DNA of 64,000 nucleotides. Source: a virus. The position numbers and the translations under genes are program-made. Shown one piece after another: positions 31,983-40,870 of the stretch (positions within the stretch are counted from its first letter, which is position 1; each line of letters starts with the position of its first letter). The stretch lies in IMG/VR virus record IMGVR_UViG_3300026076_000002; one strand, given 5' to 3'. The notes beneath the pieces were generated by a model. The model saw nothing but the letters and a program-made list of their open reading frames with translations, searched no databases and was not told the DNA's origin.

Positions 31983-33435
31983 CATTGTTATCCAAAAAAA
32001 GAATGAGGTATTCTTAAAGGTTGAATGTGAACCTCATATCAAATATGAGTTAGCAGATCAGTTTACCTTTGATGTACCAAATGCAAAGTTTATGCCACAG
32101 TATCGTAATAGGTACTGGGATGGAAAGATACGTCTATTCAATACTGAGAAAGGAGAAATATATGTTGGGTTATTAGACAAGGTAGAACAGTTCTGTAAGA
32201 ATCACGATTACTCTTTTGAATTTAGTGATAATAAACATTATGGTTTACCTTATGAAGAGAATGATGGAGTATCTAAAGAAGGTGTAAAAGATTATCTTAC
32301 TAATATATCTAAGGTTAAACCAAGAGACTACCAGATAGAAGGAGTCTTTGATGCTTTAAAAAAGAATAGAAGATTATTAATATCACCTACTGGATCTGGT
32401 AAGTCCTTGATGATATATGCTGTAACAAGATATCATGTACAGGCAAAGAGAAAAGTGTTGATTGTCGTACCAACAACATCTTTAGTAGAGCAGATGTATA
32501 AAGACTTTGTAGATTATGGTTGGGATGCTAGTAAATTTTGTCACAGAATATATGGGGGTCGTGATTTATTGTCAGATTTACCTGTTACTATATCTACTTG
32601 GCAATCTATATACAAACAGGATCGTAAATGGTTCAGACAATATGGTGTTGTTATAGGAGACGAAGCACACCAATATAAATCCAAATCATTGGTCACATTG
32701 ATGACCAAATTAGATAATGCAAAATACAGATACGGATTCACGGGTACGCTTGACGGTACACAAACTCATAAGTGGGTATTGGAAGGTCTTTTCGGACCGT
32801 CATACAAAATTATTAATACAAGAGATCTACAGGAAGCGGGATACCTTGCTAGATTAAATATCCGTTGTCTTCTTTTAAAACATGATCCTCGTAAGTTTGA
32901 TACCTATGAGGATGAAGTACAGTATCTTATTAGTCACGATAGTAGAAATAAATTCATTAAAAACTTAGCACTAGACTTGAAAGGTAATACTTTAATACTC
33001 TATAGTCGGGTTGCCCAACATGGGGAACGTCTGTATGACCTCATAAATACTAATAACCGAAAGGTTTTCTTTGTTCACGGAGGTGTTGATACAGAGGAAC
33101 GTGAGTCTGTTAGACAGATTACCGAGGAGGAAAACGATGCGATTATTGTTGCCTCTTACGGCACTTTCAGTACTGGTATTAACATTAAGCGTCTTCACAA
33201 CGTCATCTTTGCAAGTCCATCCAAATCGAGGATTAGGAATCTCCAATCCATCGGCAGGGTATTAAGAACTGGTAAGGATAAAGTTAAAGCAACCCTTTAT
33301 GATATAGCAGATGATTGTACAAAAGGTAGTAGGTCGAACTACACTCTTAATCATCTAGTCGAACGTATCAAATACTATAACGAAGAGAAATTTAATTATG
33401 ACATCATCACCATCAAATTCGGAACCATACGATGA
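31975..33435 (+). CDS. uvsW: RNA-DNA/DNA helicase UvsW
   Basis: WDGKIRLF, SPTGSGKS, DEAH, LQSIGRVLR. Confidence 0.96.
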   Translation: MANIVIQKKNEVFLKVECEPHIKYELADQFTFDVPNAKFMPQYRNRYWDGKIRLFNTEKGEIYVGLLDKVEQFCKNHDYSFEFSDNKHYGLPYEENDGVSKEGVKDYLTNISKVKPRDYQIEGVFDALKKNRRLLISPTGSGKSLMIYAVTRYHVQAKRKVLIVVPTTSLVEQMYKDFVDYGWDASKFCHRIYGGRDLLSDLPVTISTWQSIYKQDRKWFRQYGVVIGDEAHQYKSKSLVTLMTKLDNAKYRYGFTGTLDGTQTHKWVLEGLFGPSYKIINTRDLQEAGYLARLNIRCLLLKHDPRKFDTYEDEVQYLISHDSRNKFIKNLALDLKGNTLILYSRVAQHGERLYDLINTNNRKVFFVHGGVDTEERESVRQITEEENDAIIVASYGTFSTGINIKRLHNVIFASPSKSRIRNLQSIGRVLRTGKDKVKATLYDIADDCTKGSRSNYTLNHLVERIKYYNEEKFNYDIITIKFGTIR

Positions 33436-33835
33436 GTTCTATGCCAGTGTTAAACTGGTCTCAGGTGAAGAAGTGCTTTGTGTGGTTATGATTGATGAAC
33501 CTAAAAGTCAACCTGATAAGATAATTATAGATAATCCTGTTCTATGTAAAGAAGTTCGTGCACCTGGAACTAATATTCCTATGGGATTTAAGTTTGAACC
33601 ATGGATGAAAATGACTGACGACAATACTTTTGTTTTATCTATGGATCGTGTAGTAACTATAAGTCAGATTCAGTCTAAAGAAATTATTGATACTTATAAA
33701 AGTATGATAGACCTTGGTATGCGTGGTGCATCTCATCCTGATATTACTAAGCAAATGGGATATATATCTTCTGTAGATAGAGCTAGAAAGGTTTTAGAAA
33801 AGATGTATAGAGATGAGCCTAAAGGAACCCCTTGA
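33398..33835 (+). CDS. Conserved cyanophage hypothetical protein (Sm-like KLVSGEE motif)
   Basis: VKLVSGEEVL...FEPWM; position between uvsW and g55. Confidence 0.7.
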   Translation: MTSSPSNSEPYDEFYASVKLVSGEEVLCVVMIDEPKSQPDKIIIDNPVLCKEVRAPGTNIPMGFKFEPWMKMTDDNTFVLSMDRVVTISQIQSKEIIDTYKSMIDLGMRGASHPDITKQMGYISSVDRARKVLEKMYRDEPKGTP

Positions 33836-33849
33836 ACCCTTACAGAGTT

Positions 33850-33878
33850 ATTCTACATAGATTTGCCTATTCTGTCAA
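33850..33878 (-). promoter_or_regulatory. Sigma70-like antisense promoter
   Basis: Minus strand TTGACA-17-TAGAAT; no minus-strand gene downstream. Confidence 0.55.
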
Positions 33879-33891
33879 GCTATGCTATACT
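33863..33891 (+). promoter_or_regulatory. Sigma70-like promoter for g55
   Basis: TTGCCT-17-TATACT with TGn. Confidence 0.6.
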
Positions 33892-33913
33892 GTTCACATA
33901 GGATTGATACAAG

Positions 33914-34381
33914 ATGAAAAGGAAACGCTCTGAACACTACGTTAATAACAAGGAGTTTCTTGCTGCAATAGTAGCATATAAACAATCTATTGTAGACGCT
34001 GAAGGTCTTGGTCAACCCAAGCCTAGGATAACAAACTACCTAGGAGAGTGCTTCTTAAAGATAGCAACACATTTATCATATAAACCAAACTTTGTCAACT
34101 ACATGTTCAAGGATGACATGATCTGTGATGGCATAGAAAATTGTGTACAGTACATTAATAATTTTAATCCTGAGAAATCATCTAATCCATTTGCCTATTT
34201 TACTCAGATAATACATTATGCATTTCTTAGAAGAATACAAAAAGAAAAGAAACAACTAGAGATAAGACAAAAGATTATTGAAAGATCTGGTTTTGAAGAG
34301 GTTATGCATTCTGATGACCAAGATAGATACTCTGAGAATAATCAGATTAAAGATGCTGTACAGTATCGTAATAACCGATGA
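33914..34381 (+). CDS. g55: Late sigma factor gp55
   Basis: HYVNNKEF, NFVNY, DMICDGIENC, NPFAYFTQI. Confidence 0.97.
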   Translation: MKRKRSEHYVNNKEFLAAIVAYKQSIVDAEGLGQPKPRITNYLGECFLKIATHLSYKPNFVNYMFKDDMICDGIENCVQYINNFNPEKSSNPFAYFTQIIHYAFLRRIQKEKKQLEIRQKIIERSGFEEVMHSDDQDRYSENNQIKDAVQYRNNR

Positions 34382-35418
34382 AAGTTGCTGTTATCACTGA
34401 TCAGCATATTGGATTTAAGAAAGGGTCAAAGTTATATCACGATTACTTCTTAAAGTTCTATGATGAAGTCTTTTTTCCAACGCTGCAAGAACGTAATATC
34501 ACCACTGTACTTGACCTTGGTGACACTTTTGACAATAGGAAGGGTATTGATTTATATTCTTTGGACTGGGCGAAGCAAAATTATTTTGATAGGTTACAAG
34601 CTCTTGGCATTAGTGTCATCAGCATTGTGGGAAACCATACAGCATTCTATAAGAATACGAACCACCTTAATACCATTAATCTGCTCCTACGAGAGTACGA
34701 TAATATTACAACTCTTCGTGAGACCACAGAGTTAGAAATTGGTGGATGTAAGATACTGTTTGTCCCTTGGATTAACCCAGAAAATAAAGAAGAGACATAT
34801 AGTAAGATAGAACAAACAACTGCTAAGATGTGTATGGGTCACCTTGAACTCAATGGGTTCACTGCTACTCATGGACATGTCATGGAGAATGGAGATGATG
34901 TAGTTAAGTATAACAAGTTTACTAAGGTGTTCTCTGGACATTACCATACTAGATCTAGTAATGGTAAGATCTTCTACTTAGGTAATCCATATGAGATGTT
35001 CTGGAATGATGTGAATGATTCTAGAGGATTTCATCTGTTTGATACTGAGACATTAGAAACTGAGACTATAAACAATCCTTTCCAGTTGTATAAAATTATT
35101 GTATATGATAATACACCTAGACAATTGTTTAAGTTCAATGAGTATAAGGATAAGATAGTTAAACTCGTAGTTAAAGAGAAAGATAATGAAAAAGAATATG
35201 AACGTTTCCTTGAGGCATTGATCAATGCTAACCCTTATGATCTAAAAGTAATAGAAAAGATACAAGGTGTTAATTTTGATAGTGGTTTAGTGGAGCATAC
35301 CGAGGACACAGTGACGTTATTGGATTCATATGTTGACGATATGGAGACTGACTTGGAGAAATCTAGGATCAAGTCTATAGTATCTGAACTCTATAGGGAA
35401 GCATGTGAGGTAGGTTAA
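34378..35418 (+). CDS. g47: Recombination nuclease subunit gp47 (Mre11/SbcD-like)
   Basis: TDQH, LGDTFD, GNH, GHLE, SGHYH. Confidence 0.95.
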   Translation: MKVAVITDQHIGFKKGSKLYHDYFLKFYDEVFFPTLQERNITTVLDLGDTFDNRKGIDLYSLDWAKQNYFDRLQALGISVISIVGNHTAFYKNTNHLNTINLLLREYDNITTLRETTELEIGGCKILFVPWINPENKEETYSKIEQTTAKMCMGHLELNGFTATHGHVMENGDDVVKYNKFTKVFSGHYHTRSSNGKIFYLGNPYEMFWNDVNDSRGFHLFDTETLETETINNPFQLYKIIVYDNTPRQLFKFNEYKDKIVKLVVKEKDNEKEYERFLEALINANPYDLKVIEKIQGVNFDSGLVEHTEDTVTLLDSYVDDMETDLEKSRIKSIVSELYREACEVG

Positions 35419-35681
35419 TGTTTATCATTACACTCAAGGGTATGGAGGATGCTGGTGCTTATTCAGTTAAGGATGAATTGGGAGACAAGGTAGTTTTCAT
35501 GTTTGAGGAAGAGGATGATGCTGATAGGTATGCTATGATGATGAAGGAAGAAGGCAACAAAGATATGGTTGTCATTGAAGTCCAAGACTCAGTTGCCATC
35601 ACAGCATGTGAACGTGCTAAAATCAGGTATACCATCATTACTAAAAATGATATAGTCATTCCACCACAAGAAGATGATTGA
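35418..35681 (+). CDS. Conserved cyanophage hypothetical protein
   Basis: GAYSV...FEEEDDADRYA...IVIPP; between g47 and g46. Confidence 0.7.
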   Translation: MFIITLKGMEDAGAYSVKDELGDKVVFMFEEEDDADRYAMMMKEEGNKDMVVIEVQDSVAITACERAKIRYTIITKNDIVIPPQEDD

Positions 35682-35769
35682 CACATCCCCAGATTCCATT
35701 AGAATATTCGCCATAATAGTATTGGCATTACTCTGGTTGATTATTTTTAACACTCCTACTAATGATTGA
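35674..35769 (+). CDS. Small membrane peptide (31 aa)
   Basis: MIDTSPDSIRIFAIIVLALLWLIIFNTPTND; overlaps both neighbours by 8 nt. Confidence 0.45.
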   Translation: MIDTSPDSIRIFAIIVLALLWLIIFNTPTND

Positions 35770-37471
35770 GTTTCAACGAATTCGTTATAAAAATTTCTTA
35801 GCAGCAGGTAACTATTTCACTGAGATAGAACTGAATGCTGAACCTAATACCTTGATCATTGGTGGCAATGGTTCAGGTAAGAGTACTTTATTGGATGCTT
35901 TGTGCTTTGCTTTGTTCAATAAACCATTCAGACAGGTCAATAGAAGTCAATTAGTTAATAGTACTAACGAAAGGGATGCAATAGTTGAGTTAGAGTTTGC
36001 TGTAAACGCCCATGAGTACAAAATTGTACGTGGAATTAAACCAAATAGGTTTGAAATCTTCAGAAATGGTAAGAAACTCAATGAAGATTCGTCAGCACAG
36101 GAGCAACAGAAGACATTAGAAGGACAAATTTTAAAATTAAACTATAAATCGTTCACACAAATTGTAATTTTAGGTTCTGCATCGTTCGTTCCCTTCATGC
36201 AGTTGTCTACTGCACACCGTAGGGAGGTTATAGAGGACTTATTAGACATAAAAGTGTTCTCAAGTATGAAAGATATACTTAAGACACGTCTGAAGGCATC
36301 TAGAGACGAGTTAAAGGTGCTAGAATTAAAAAAACAATCGACTGCTGACAAGATTGTCATGCAGCAAAACTTTATTAGAACCATTGAGGAGGATTCTAAC
36401 AATGATATCAATGAAAAACAAGAGCAAATCGAGAATATCTATAAAGATATCTCAAGGTATCAAGAATGTGTTGAGGATATCTTGGTTAAGGTTTCCTCAA
36501 AAGAAGATGAAGTAGAAAAGTATTCTGATGCAACGGATACCATTCGGAAACTTGAAACATTTCAGACTAAACTTCAGACTAAACGGCACAACAGTTGCAA
36601 GGACTTGGATTTCTTTGAAGAAAACAGTAATTGTCCTACTTGTACCCAAGTTATTGATGAAGCTTTTAGGTTAAATAAAACAGAACAACTCCAGAAGTCT
36701 ATATCAAAATCAGAAAAGAGCCTGTCTGAAATAAAACAGGCAATTTCTGATGAGCAATCACGGGAACGTGAGTTCTCAACACTTCAAAGGGAGATTACGA
36801 AACTAAACAATGAGGTTTCTCAAACCAACATTAGAATTTCTGAGTCCAATAAGTTACGAAGACAAATTGAACAAGAAATTCAAGCAATTACCGACAAACT
36901 TGAAAATAGAAATACTGAAGATGAAAAGTTAACTAAGTTTAAACAGGATTTGAAGGGTGTATTGGATGATCTAGCAGATCTTACCAAGACATATGAGTAT
37001 GACAGTCAAGCAAACCTTCTACTTTCTGATGAAGGGGTAAAGAGAAACATTATCAAGAAGTATCTACCTTTAATCAACCAGCAAGCGAACAGATACTTGC
37101 AGATGATGGACTTTTACATCAACTTTAACCTTGATGAAGAGTTCAAAGAGAAGATAGAGTCTCCTATCCACGAAAACTTCTCATATTCTTCCTTCTCTGA
37201 AGGTGAAAAGATGAGGATAGACCTTTCATTGATGTTTAGTTGGCGAGAAATTGCACGTATGAAGAATAGTGTTAGTACTAACCTACTGATCATGGATGAA
37301 GTGTTCGATTCTTCCTTGGATGGGTTCGGTACTGACGAATTTATGAAGATCATTAGGTTTGTGGTCAAGGATGCTAACATATTTGTGATCTCACACAAGA
37401 ATGAACTGCATGATAAGTTCGAGAAGTGCATTGAATTCAAAAGAACTAAGGGGTTTTCACGAATAGCTTGA
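35762..37471 (+). CDS. g46: Recombination ATPase gp46 (Rad50/SbcC-like)
   Basis: GGNGSGKST, CPTC hook, FSEGEK, LLIMDEVFD. Confidence 0.97.
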   Translation: MIEFQRIRYKNFLAAGNYFTEIELNAEPNTLIIGGNGSGKSTLLDALCFALFNKPFRQVNRSQLVNSTNERDAIVELEFAVNAHEYKIVRGIKPNRFEIFRNGKKLNEDSSAQEQQKTLEGQILKLNYKSFTQIVILGSASFVPFMQLSTAHRREVIEDLLDIKVFSSMKDILKTRLKASRDELKVLELKKQSTADKIVMQQNFIRTIEEDSNNDINEKQEQIENIYKDISRYQECVEDILVKVSSKEDEVEKYSDATDTIRKLETFQTKLQTKRHNSCKDLDFFEENSNCPTCTQVIDEAFRLNKTEQLQKSISKSEKSLSEIKQAISDEQSREREFSTLQREITKLNNEVSQTNIRISESNKLRRQIEQEIQAITDKLENRNTEDEKLTKFKQDLKGVLDDLADLTKTYEYDSQANLLLSDEGVKRNIIKKYLPLINQQANRYLQMMDFYINFNLDEEFKEKIESPIHENFSYSSFSEGEKMRIDLSLMFSWREIARMKNSVSTNLLIMDEVFDSSLDGFGTDEFMKIIRFVVKDANIFVISHKNELHDKFEKCIEFKRTKGFSRIA

Positions 37472-37502
37472 CATATAACTAAACCTTATGGTACTATAAA
37501 TA
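37468..37502 (+). promoter_or_regulatory. Overlapping sigma70-like and late promoters
   Basis: TTGACA-18-TACTAT (TGn) overlapping TATAAATA at 37495-37502. Confidence 0.6.
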
Positions 37503-37509
37503 GATCATA

Positions 37510-37605
37510 CAAAGGAATCGAAATAATCGTGCCCCTGCGTAGTATGTAAATCATCCCATGTCGGGGGTGGTATCATCCGTAGGGTTTTTTAATGCCTTAC
37601 GAGAT
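37510..37605 (+). ncRNA. Structured 5' leader RNA (candidate cis-regulatory element)
   Basis: Nested stems CCCUGCG/CGUAGGG and AUCAUCCC/GGGGUGGU, followed by U6; possible outer UCGUG/UACGA stem. Confidence 0.5.
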
Positions 37606-37618
37606 ATTTAAAACAATC

Positions 37619-37993
37619 ATGTCTATCAAATCAACAATCGCAGCTGCTTTTGCTGCACCTTTCCTTCTATCTTCAGCTGCTTTTGCTGGTCCTTACGTGA
37701 ACGTAGAGACTAACAGCAATTGGGATGGAGACAACTACACAGGAAACACAACTGATCTTCACATCGGTTTTGAAGGTTCTACAGAAGGTGGCGTTGGCTA
37801 CTATGTTCAAGGTGGTCCTTCAGTAATCGCTCTTGATGGCGTTGACTCTGAAACTCAGTTCTCTGGTAAAGCTGGTGGTTCTGCTACCCTTACAGATACT
37901 GTTGGAGTATATGGTGAGCTTGCTTTCACTTCAGATGACGATGACCTAATCGCTGATTCTGCTGCTAAGCTTGGTCTTACTTACAAGTTCTAG
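37619..37993 (+). CDS. Secreted small beta-barrel/porin-like outer-membrane protein
   Basis: Signal peptide ending AFA, then GPYVNVE; YYVQGGP; C-terminal LGLTYKF; ATG at 37619. Confidence 0.7.
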   Translation: MSIKSTIAAAFAAPFLLSSAAFAGPYVNVETNSNWDGDNYTGNTTDLHIGFEGSTEGGVGYYVQGGPSVIALDGVDSETQFSGKAGGSATLTDTVGVYGELAFTSDDDDLIADSAAKLGLTYKF

Positions 37994-38026
37994 TTCTCTT
38001 AAATAGTTAAGAGTTCGAGATGGATT

Positions 38027-38053
38027 AGGGACTCCTTACGGAGTCCCTTTTTT
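38027..38053 (+). terminator. Rho-independent terminator
   Basis: AGGGACTCC-ttac-GGAGTCCCT followed by a T run. Confidence 0.88.
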
Positions 38054-38059
38054 ATTGCC

Positions 38060-38233
38060 ATGAAAAAAACTTCTGACTTAGTAATGCATCCACTTTGGAT
38101 CATTCCAGTGATGCTTTTATCAACTATGATACTTATTGAAACGTTACATACTGTAACACATTGGCGTATGGAAATAGATGCTAATGCTTATTGTAGAAAT
38201 AATGCCGAATGGATCAATGATAATCAAAACTAA
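38060..38233 (+). CDS. Small membrane protein (57 aa), not in the ORF track
   Basis: MKKTSDLVMHPLWIIPVMLLSTMILIETLHTVTHWRMEIDANAYCRNNAEWINDNQN. Confidence 0.55.
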   Translation: MKKTSDLVMHPLWIIPVMLLSTMILIETLHTVTHWRMEIDANAYCRNNAEWINDNQN

Positions 38234-38286
38234 TGGGAGTCATAAGACCCCTTTAATTCTGTTCGGGTTTCCTAGGTATTAATACT

Positions 38287-38315
38287 TTGACAGGTCTTAA
38301 TTATTCCTATATAAT
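38287..38315 (+). promoter_or_regulatory. Consensus sigma70 promoter for the hli cluster
   Basis: TTGACA-17-TATAAT. Confidence 0.85.
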
Positions 38316-38342
38316 ATTGTTATCATTCTTTACATTTCTTAA

Positions 38343-38528
38343 ATGACTGTAACAACAGAGTATGGCAAGCAAAACATCTTTGCTAAAGAACCAAAGATCG
38401 AAGTTATCGATTCTGCACCACATTTTGAAATCGCTGAAACAGTGAATGGACAAATGGCAATGATCGGAATTATCGCAGCAGTCGGTGCTTACGCCACAAC
38501 AGGTCAGATTATTCCTGGCATATTTTAA
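38343..38528 (+). CDS. hli: High-light-inducible protein
   Basis: TTEYGKQNIFAKEP N-terminus; AETVNGQMAMIG; TGQIIPGIF. Confidence 0.93.
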   Translation: MTVTTEYGKQNIFAKEPKIEVIDSAPHFEIAETVNGQMAMIGIIAAVGAYATTGQIIPGIF

Positions 38529-38573
38529 GAGATAAGGTCTCTTACATCTTCTACCCCTAATAAATCTAAGAAA

Positions 38574-38681
38574 ATGACTCCAGAAGCAGAAAAGTTTAAC
38601 GGTTGGATGGCAATGATCGGTTTTGTAGCCGCAGTCGGAGCATACGCAACCACAGGTCAAATCATACCTGGTATATTCTAA
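38574..38681 (+). CDS. hli: High-light-inducible protein (35 aa), not in the ORF track
   Basis: MTPEAEKFNGWMAMIGFVAAVGAYATTGQIIPGIF. Confidence 0.95.
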   Translation: MTPEAEKFNGWMAMIGFVAAVGAYATTGQIIPGIF

Positions 38682-38776
38682 TGAATCAATCCATTTTTTT
38701 CAGAGCAAATGGCAGAGCATCTATGATGCTTTTTGTCTCAGGTGTTTTGTTATACACAGTCTCTAACTACTTCTAA
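38681..38776 (+). CDS. Degenerate Hli-like peptide (31 aa)
   Basis: MNQSIFFRANGRASMMLFVSGVLLYTVSNYF; NGRxxM motif and one TM helix; TAATG coupling. Confidence 0.5.
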   Translation: MNQSIFFRANGRASMMLFVSGVLLYTVSNYF

Positions 38777-38944
38777 ATGGATCTTCTATCAACTTCAGAA
38801 ATTTCACCATTCATGGCTATCATGTGGTGCTTCTATCCAATAGGTGCTTTAGTATTTGTTGAGTTGCTGCTACGTGCTGTAAATGATAATGATGACGATG
38901 ATGAAGATGGTGGTAAGATGATTCCAGCATATAATGGGGCTTGA
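38777..38944 (+). CDS. Small membrane protein with an acidic tail (55 aa)
   Basis: MDLLSTSEISPFMAIMWCFYPIGALVFVELLLRAVNDNDDDDEDGGKMIPAYNGA. Confidence 0.65.
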   Translation: MDLLSTSEISPFMAIMWCFYPIGALVFVELLLRAVNDNDDDDEDGGKMIPAYNGA

Positions 38945-38969
38945 CATAGAGTATTAATACCTATATACT
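38941..38969 (+). promoter_or_regulatory. Sigma70-like promoter
   Basis: TTGACA-17-TATACT. Confidence 0.75.
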
Positions 38970-38991
38970 TGTAGAGTATTTTTACCTAGTC

Positions 38992-39069
38992 ATGCCTCAA
39001 CTTATATTCCTGATAGGTCTATCTTTTTTCGCAACACATCCTGAGATTGTAAACGTAGCATTTCAATGA
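38992..39069 (+). CDS. Tiny hydrophobic peptide (25 aa)
   Basis: MPQLIFLIGLSFFATHPEIVNVAFQ; first ORF after the promoter, ATGA-coupled to the next gene. Confidence 0.4.
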   Translation: MPQLIFLIGLSFFATHPEIVNVAFQ

Positions 39070-39347
39070 ATAGTTTAATTTTTTTCTTATTAAACTTTTT
39101 AGACTTTTGGTTCTTACCATTAGTCATAGCACTTATAGTATCAGTTGTAGTAGAGCAAGTCATCAGAAGGAAAGGTTCTGATGCTGCTATATTCACAGCA
39201 ATGAGGATACGTAAGTTCCTTTACACACAAAACGTCATATTAAATTTCGTTTGGTTCTTGTCATATTTCATCTTTGTTGTTATAATGAGGCCATCTATGC
39301 CAGTGGGAGATCCCATGGCAAGTCCTGACCTCCTTTGGAACTTTTGA
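39066..39347 (+). CDS. Hypothetical membrane protein (2 TM)
   Basis: Two hydrophobic segments. Confidence 0.65.
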   Translation: MNSLIFFLLNFLDFWFLPLVIALIVSVVVEQVIRRKGSDAAIFTAMRIRKFLYTQNVILNFVWFLSYFIFVVIMRPSMPVGDPMASPDLLWNF

Positions 39348-39901
39348 TGAAAGACTTTATAGGTGTGTATGATAACGCATTCACACCTGACCAATGTGCT
39401 GATATGATTGAATATATTGAGTCTCTCCAAGAGAATCATTTATTATTCCAAGACAAAGAAAAAAAACATGACACAGACCACCAAGCAGTAGGTCTGTTTT
39501 ATCATAACTTGTTAGGAACTTCCCCCTTTGGGGCGAAGTTCCTTCCTTGTATTCAGCAGTATGTTGATTCCTACCTTAATGAATACTCGGTACTATCAAG
39601 ACAAAGGTTTTTAATATATGATGTCAAGGTTAAGAAGATACCTGACGGTGGTGGCTTCCATTCTTGGCACTACGAAGCAAATAATTTTGTGTATGCTACC
39701 AGAGCATTTGTAGTTCAGTTATACCTTAATGATATAGAAGAAGGTGGTGAAACAGAATTCTTGTACATAGGTAAAAGAATACCAGCAAGAGCAGGTAGAC
39801 TCATTATCTTCCCTGCTGGTTTTACTCATGCACATAGAGGAAACCCACCACTAGGACAGACAAAATATATTTGTTCTTCATGGGGTATCGTTCAGGAATA
39901 G
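39347..39901 (+). CDS. 2OG-Fe(II) oxygenase
   Basis: GFHSWHYE, YLNDIEEGGETEF, IFPAGFTHAHRGNPP. Confidence 0.9.
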   Translation: MKDFIGVYDNAFTPDQCADMIEYIESLQENHLLFQDKEKKHDTDHQAVGLFYHNLLGTSPFGAKFLPCIQQYVDSYLNEYSVLSRQRFLIYDVKVKKIPDGGGFHSWHYEANNFVYATRAFVVQLYLNDIEEGGETEFLYIGKRIPARAGRLIIFPAGFTHAHRGNPPLGQTKYICSSWGIVQE

Positions 39902-39936
39902 TATGTGCTATAATATAAACGAACATATTATTGATA

Positions 39937-40260
39937 ATGGTTTGGAAGTATCGTGAATTGAGTACCCTGACATTGATTCAGGAGTACATTGCCAAAACCT
40001 ATGAAGCACACTATGCTCAAGGTAAGACACAGACATTAGATCTGATAGAATCTCTAGGTGATGCTGAGTCATTCACCAAGTGCAATGCTATCAAGTACCT
40101 TTCTAGGTTCGGTGCTAAGAATGGCAAGAACCCAGATGACGTTTTAAAAGCAATTCACTATTGCATCCTCTTATACCATTTTGCTGACTTACATGATGAA
40201 AATTTCAAAAAAGACAACCGAAATTCTAGCAAACTTCACGAGCATAAATCAGTCTCTTAG
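39937..40260 (+). CDS. Conserved hypothetical protein (DUF3310-like)
   Basis: TYEAHY...QTLDLI...NAIKYLSRFGAK...DVLKAIHY. Confidence 0.7.
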   Translation: MVWKYRELSTLTLIQEYIAKTYEAHYAQGKTQTLDLIESLGDAESFTKCNAIKYLSRFGAKNGKNPDDVLKAIHYCILLYHFADLHDENFKKDNRNSSKLHEHKSVS

Positions 40261-40870
40261 TTTTAGAGAAGGTAGGCAACTAAGGACTATTTCTCCTATG
40301 CAGAATGTTCTTGCACAGGCAGAGATTGAGGAGTATATACCAAAGGATTTTGCAATCTACGATCTACCACAGTTCTTGAATACTGTTGGTCTATATTCTG
40401 ATCCAGATATAGATGTTAAGACTAATGAATCTTATGCATCTATTAAGGAAGGTAATGCTAATCGTTCAAAGTATTTCTTTTCAGATCCTAGTGTAATCAT
40501 TGCACCACCTGAAAAGGAAATGAAACTACCTAGTGAAGAAGTTTCCTTCACACTGGATAAGGATACATTAACTAAGATTCTTAAGTCTTCAGCAATTCTA
40601 AACCTACCAGACTTAGCAGTAGTGGGTGGTGAAGGTGTAGTTAAGTTGGTAGTTAATGACAGAAAGAACGATACATCTAATGAGTATAGTATTGTTGTAG
40701 GTCAAACTGATAAGGAATTTAGTTTCAACTTTAAGATTGAGAATCTTAAATTGATTAATGGTACTTATGAAGTAAACATATCAGAAAGAAAACTTGCTAA
40801 GTTTTATAATGCTGATTACAAATTAACTTACTTTATTGCCTTGGAGCCTGATTCTGTTTATGAAGGATGA
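40196..40870 (+). CDS. g45: Sliding clamp gp45
   Basis: MKISKKTTEILANFTSINQS, FAIYDLPQFL, YFIALE. Confidence 0.95.
   Translation: MKISKKTTEILANFTSINQSLSFREGRQLRTISPMQNVLAQAEIEEYIPKDFAIYDLPQFLNTVGLYSDPDIDVKTNESYASIKEGNANRSKYFFSDPSVIIAPPEKEMKLPSEEVSFTLDKDTLTKILKSSAILNLPDLAVVGGEGVVKLVVNDRKNDTSNEYSIVVGQTDKEFSFNFKIENLKLINGTYEVNISERKLAKFYNADYKLTYFIALEPDSVYEG

Noticed and set aside
38307-38660. 117-aa Cys-rich minus-strand ORF
   Set aside because: Antisense to two clear hli genes.
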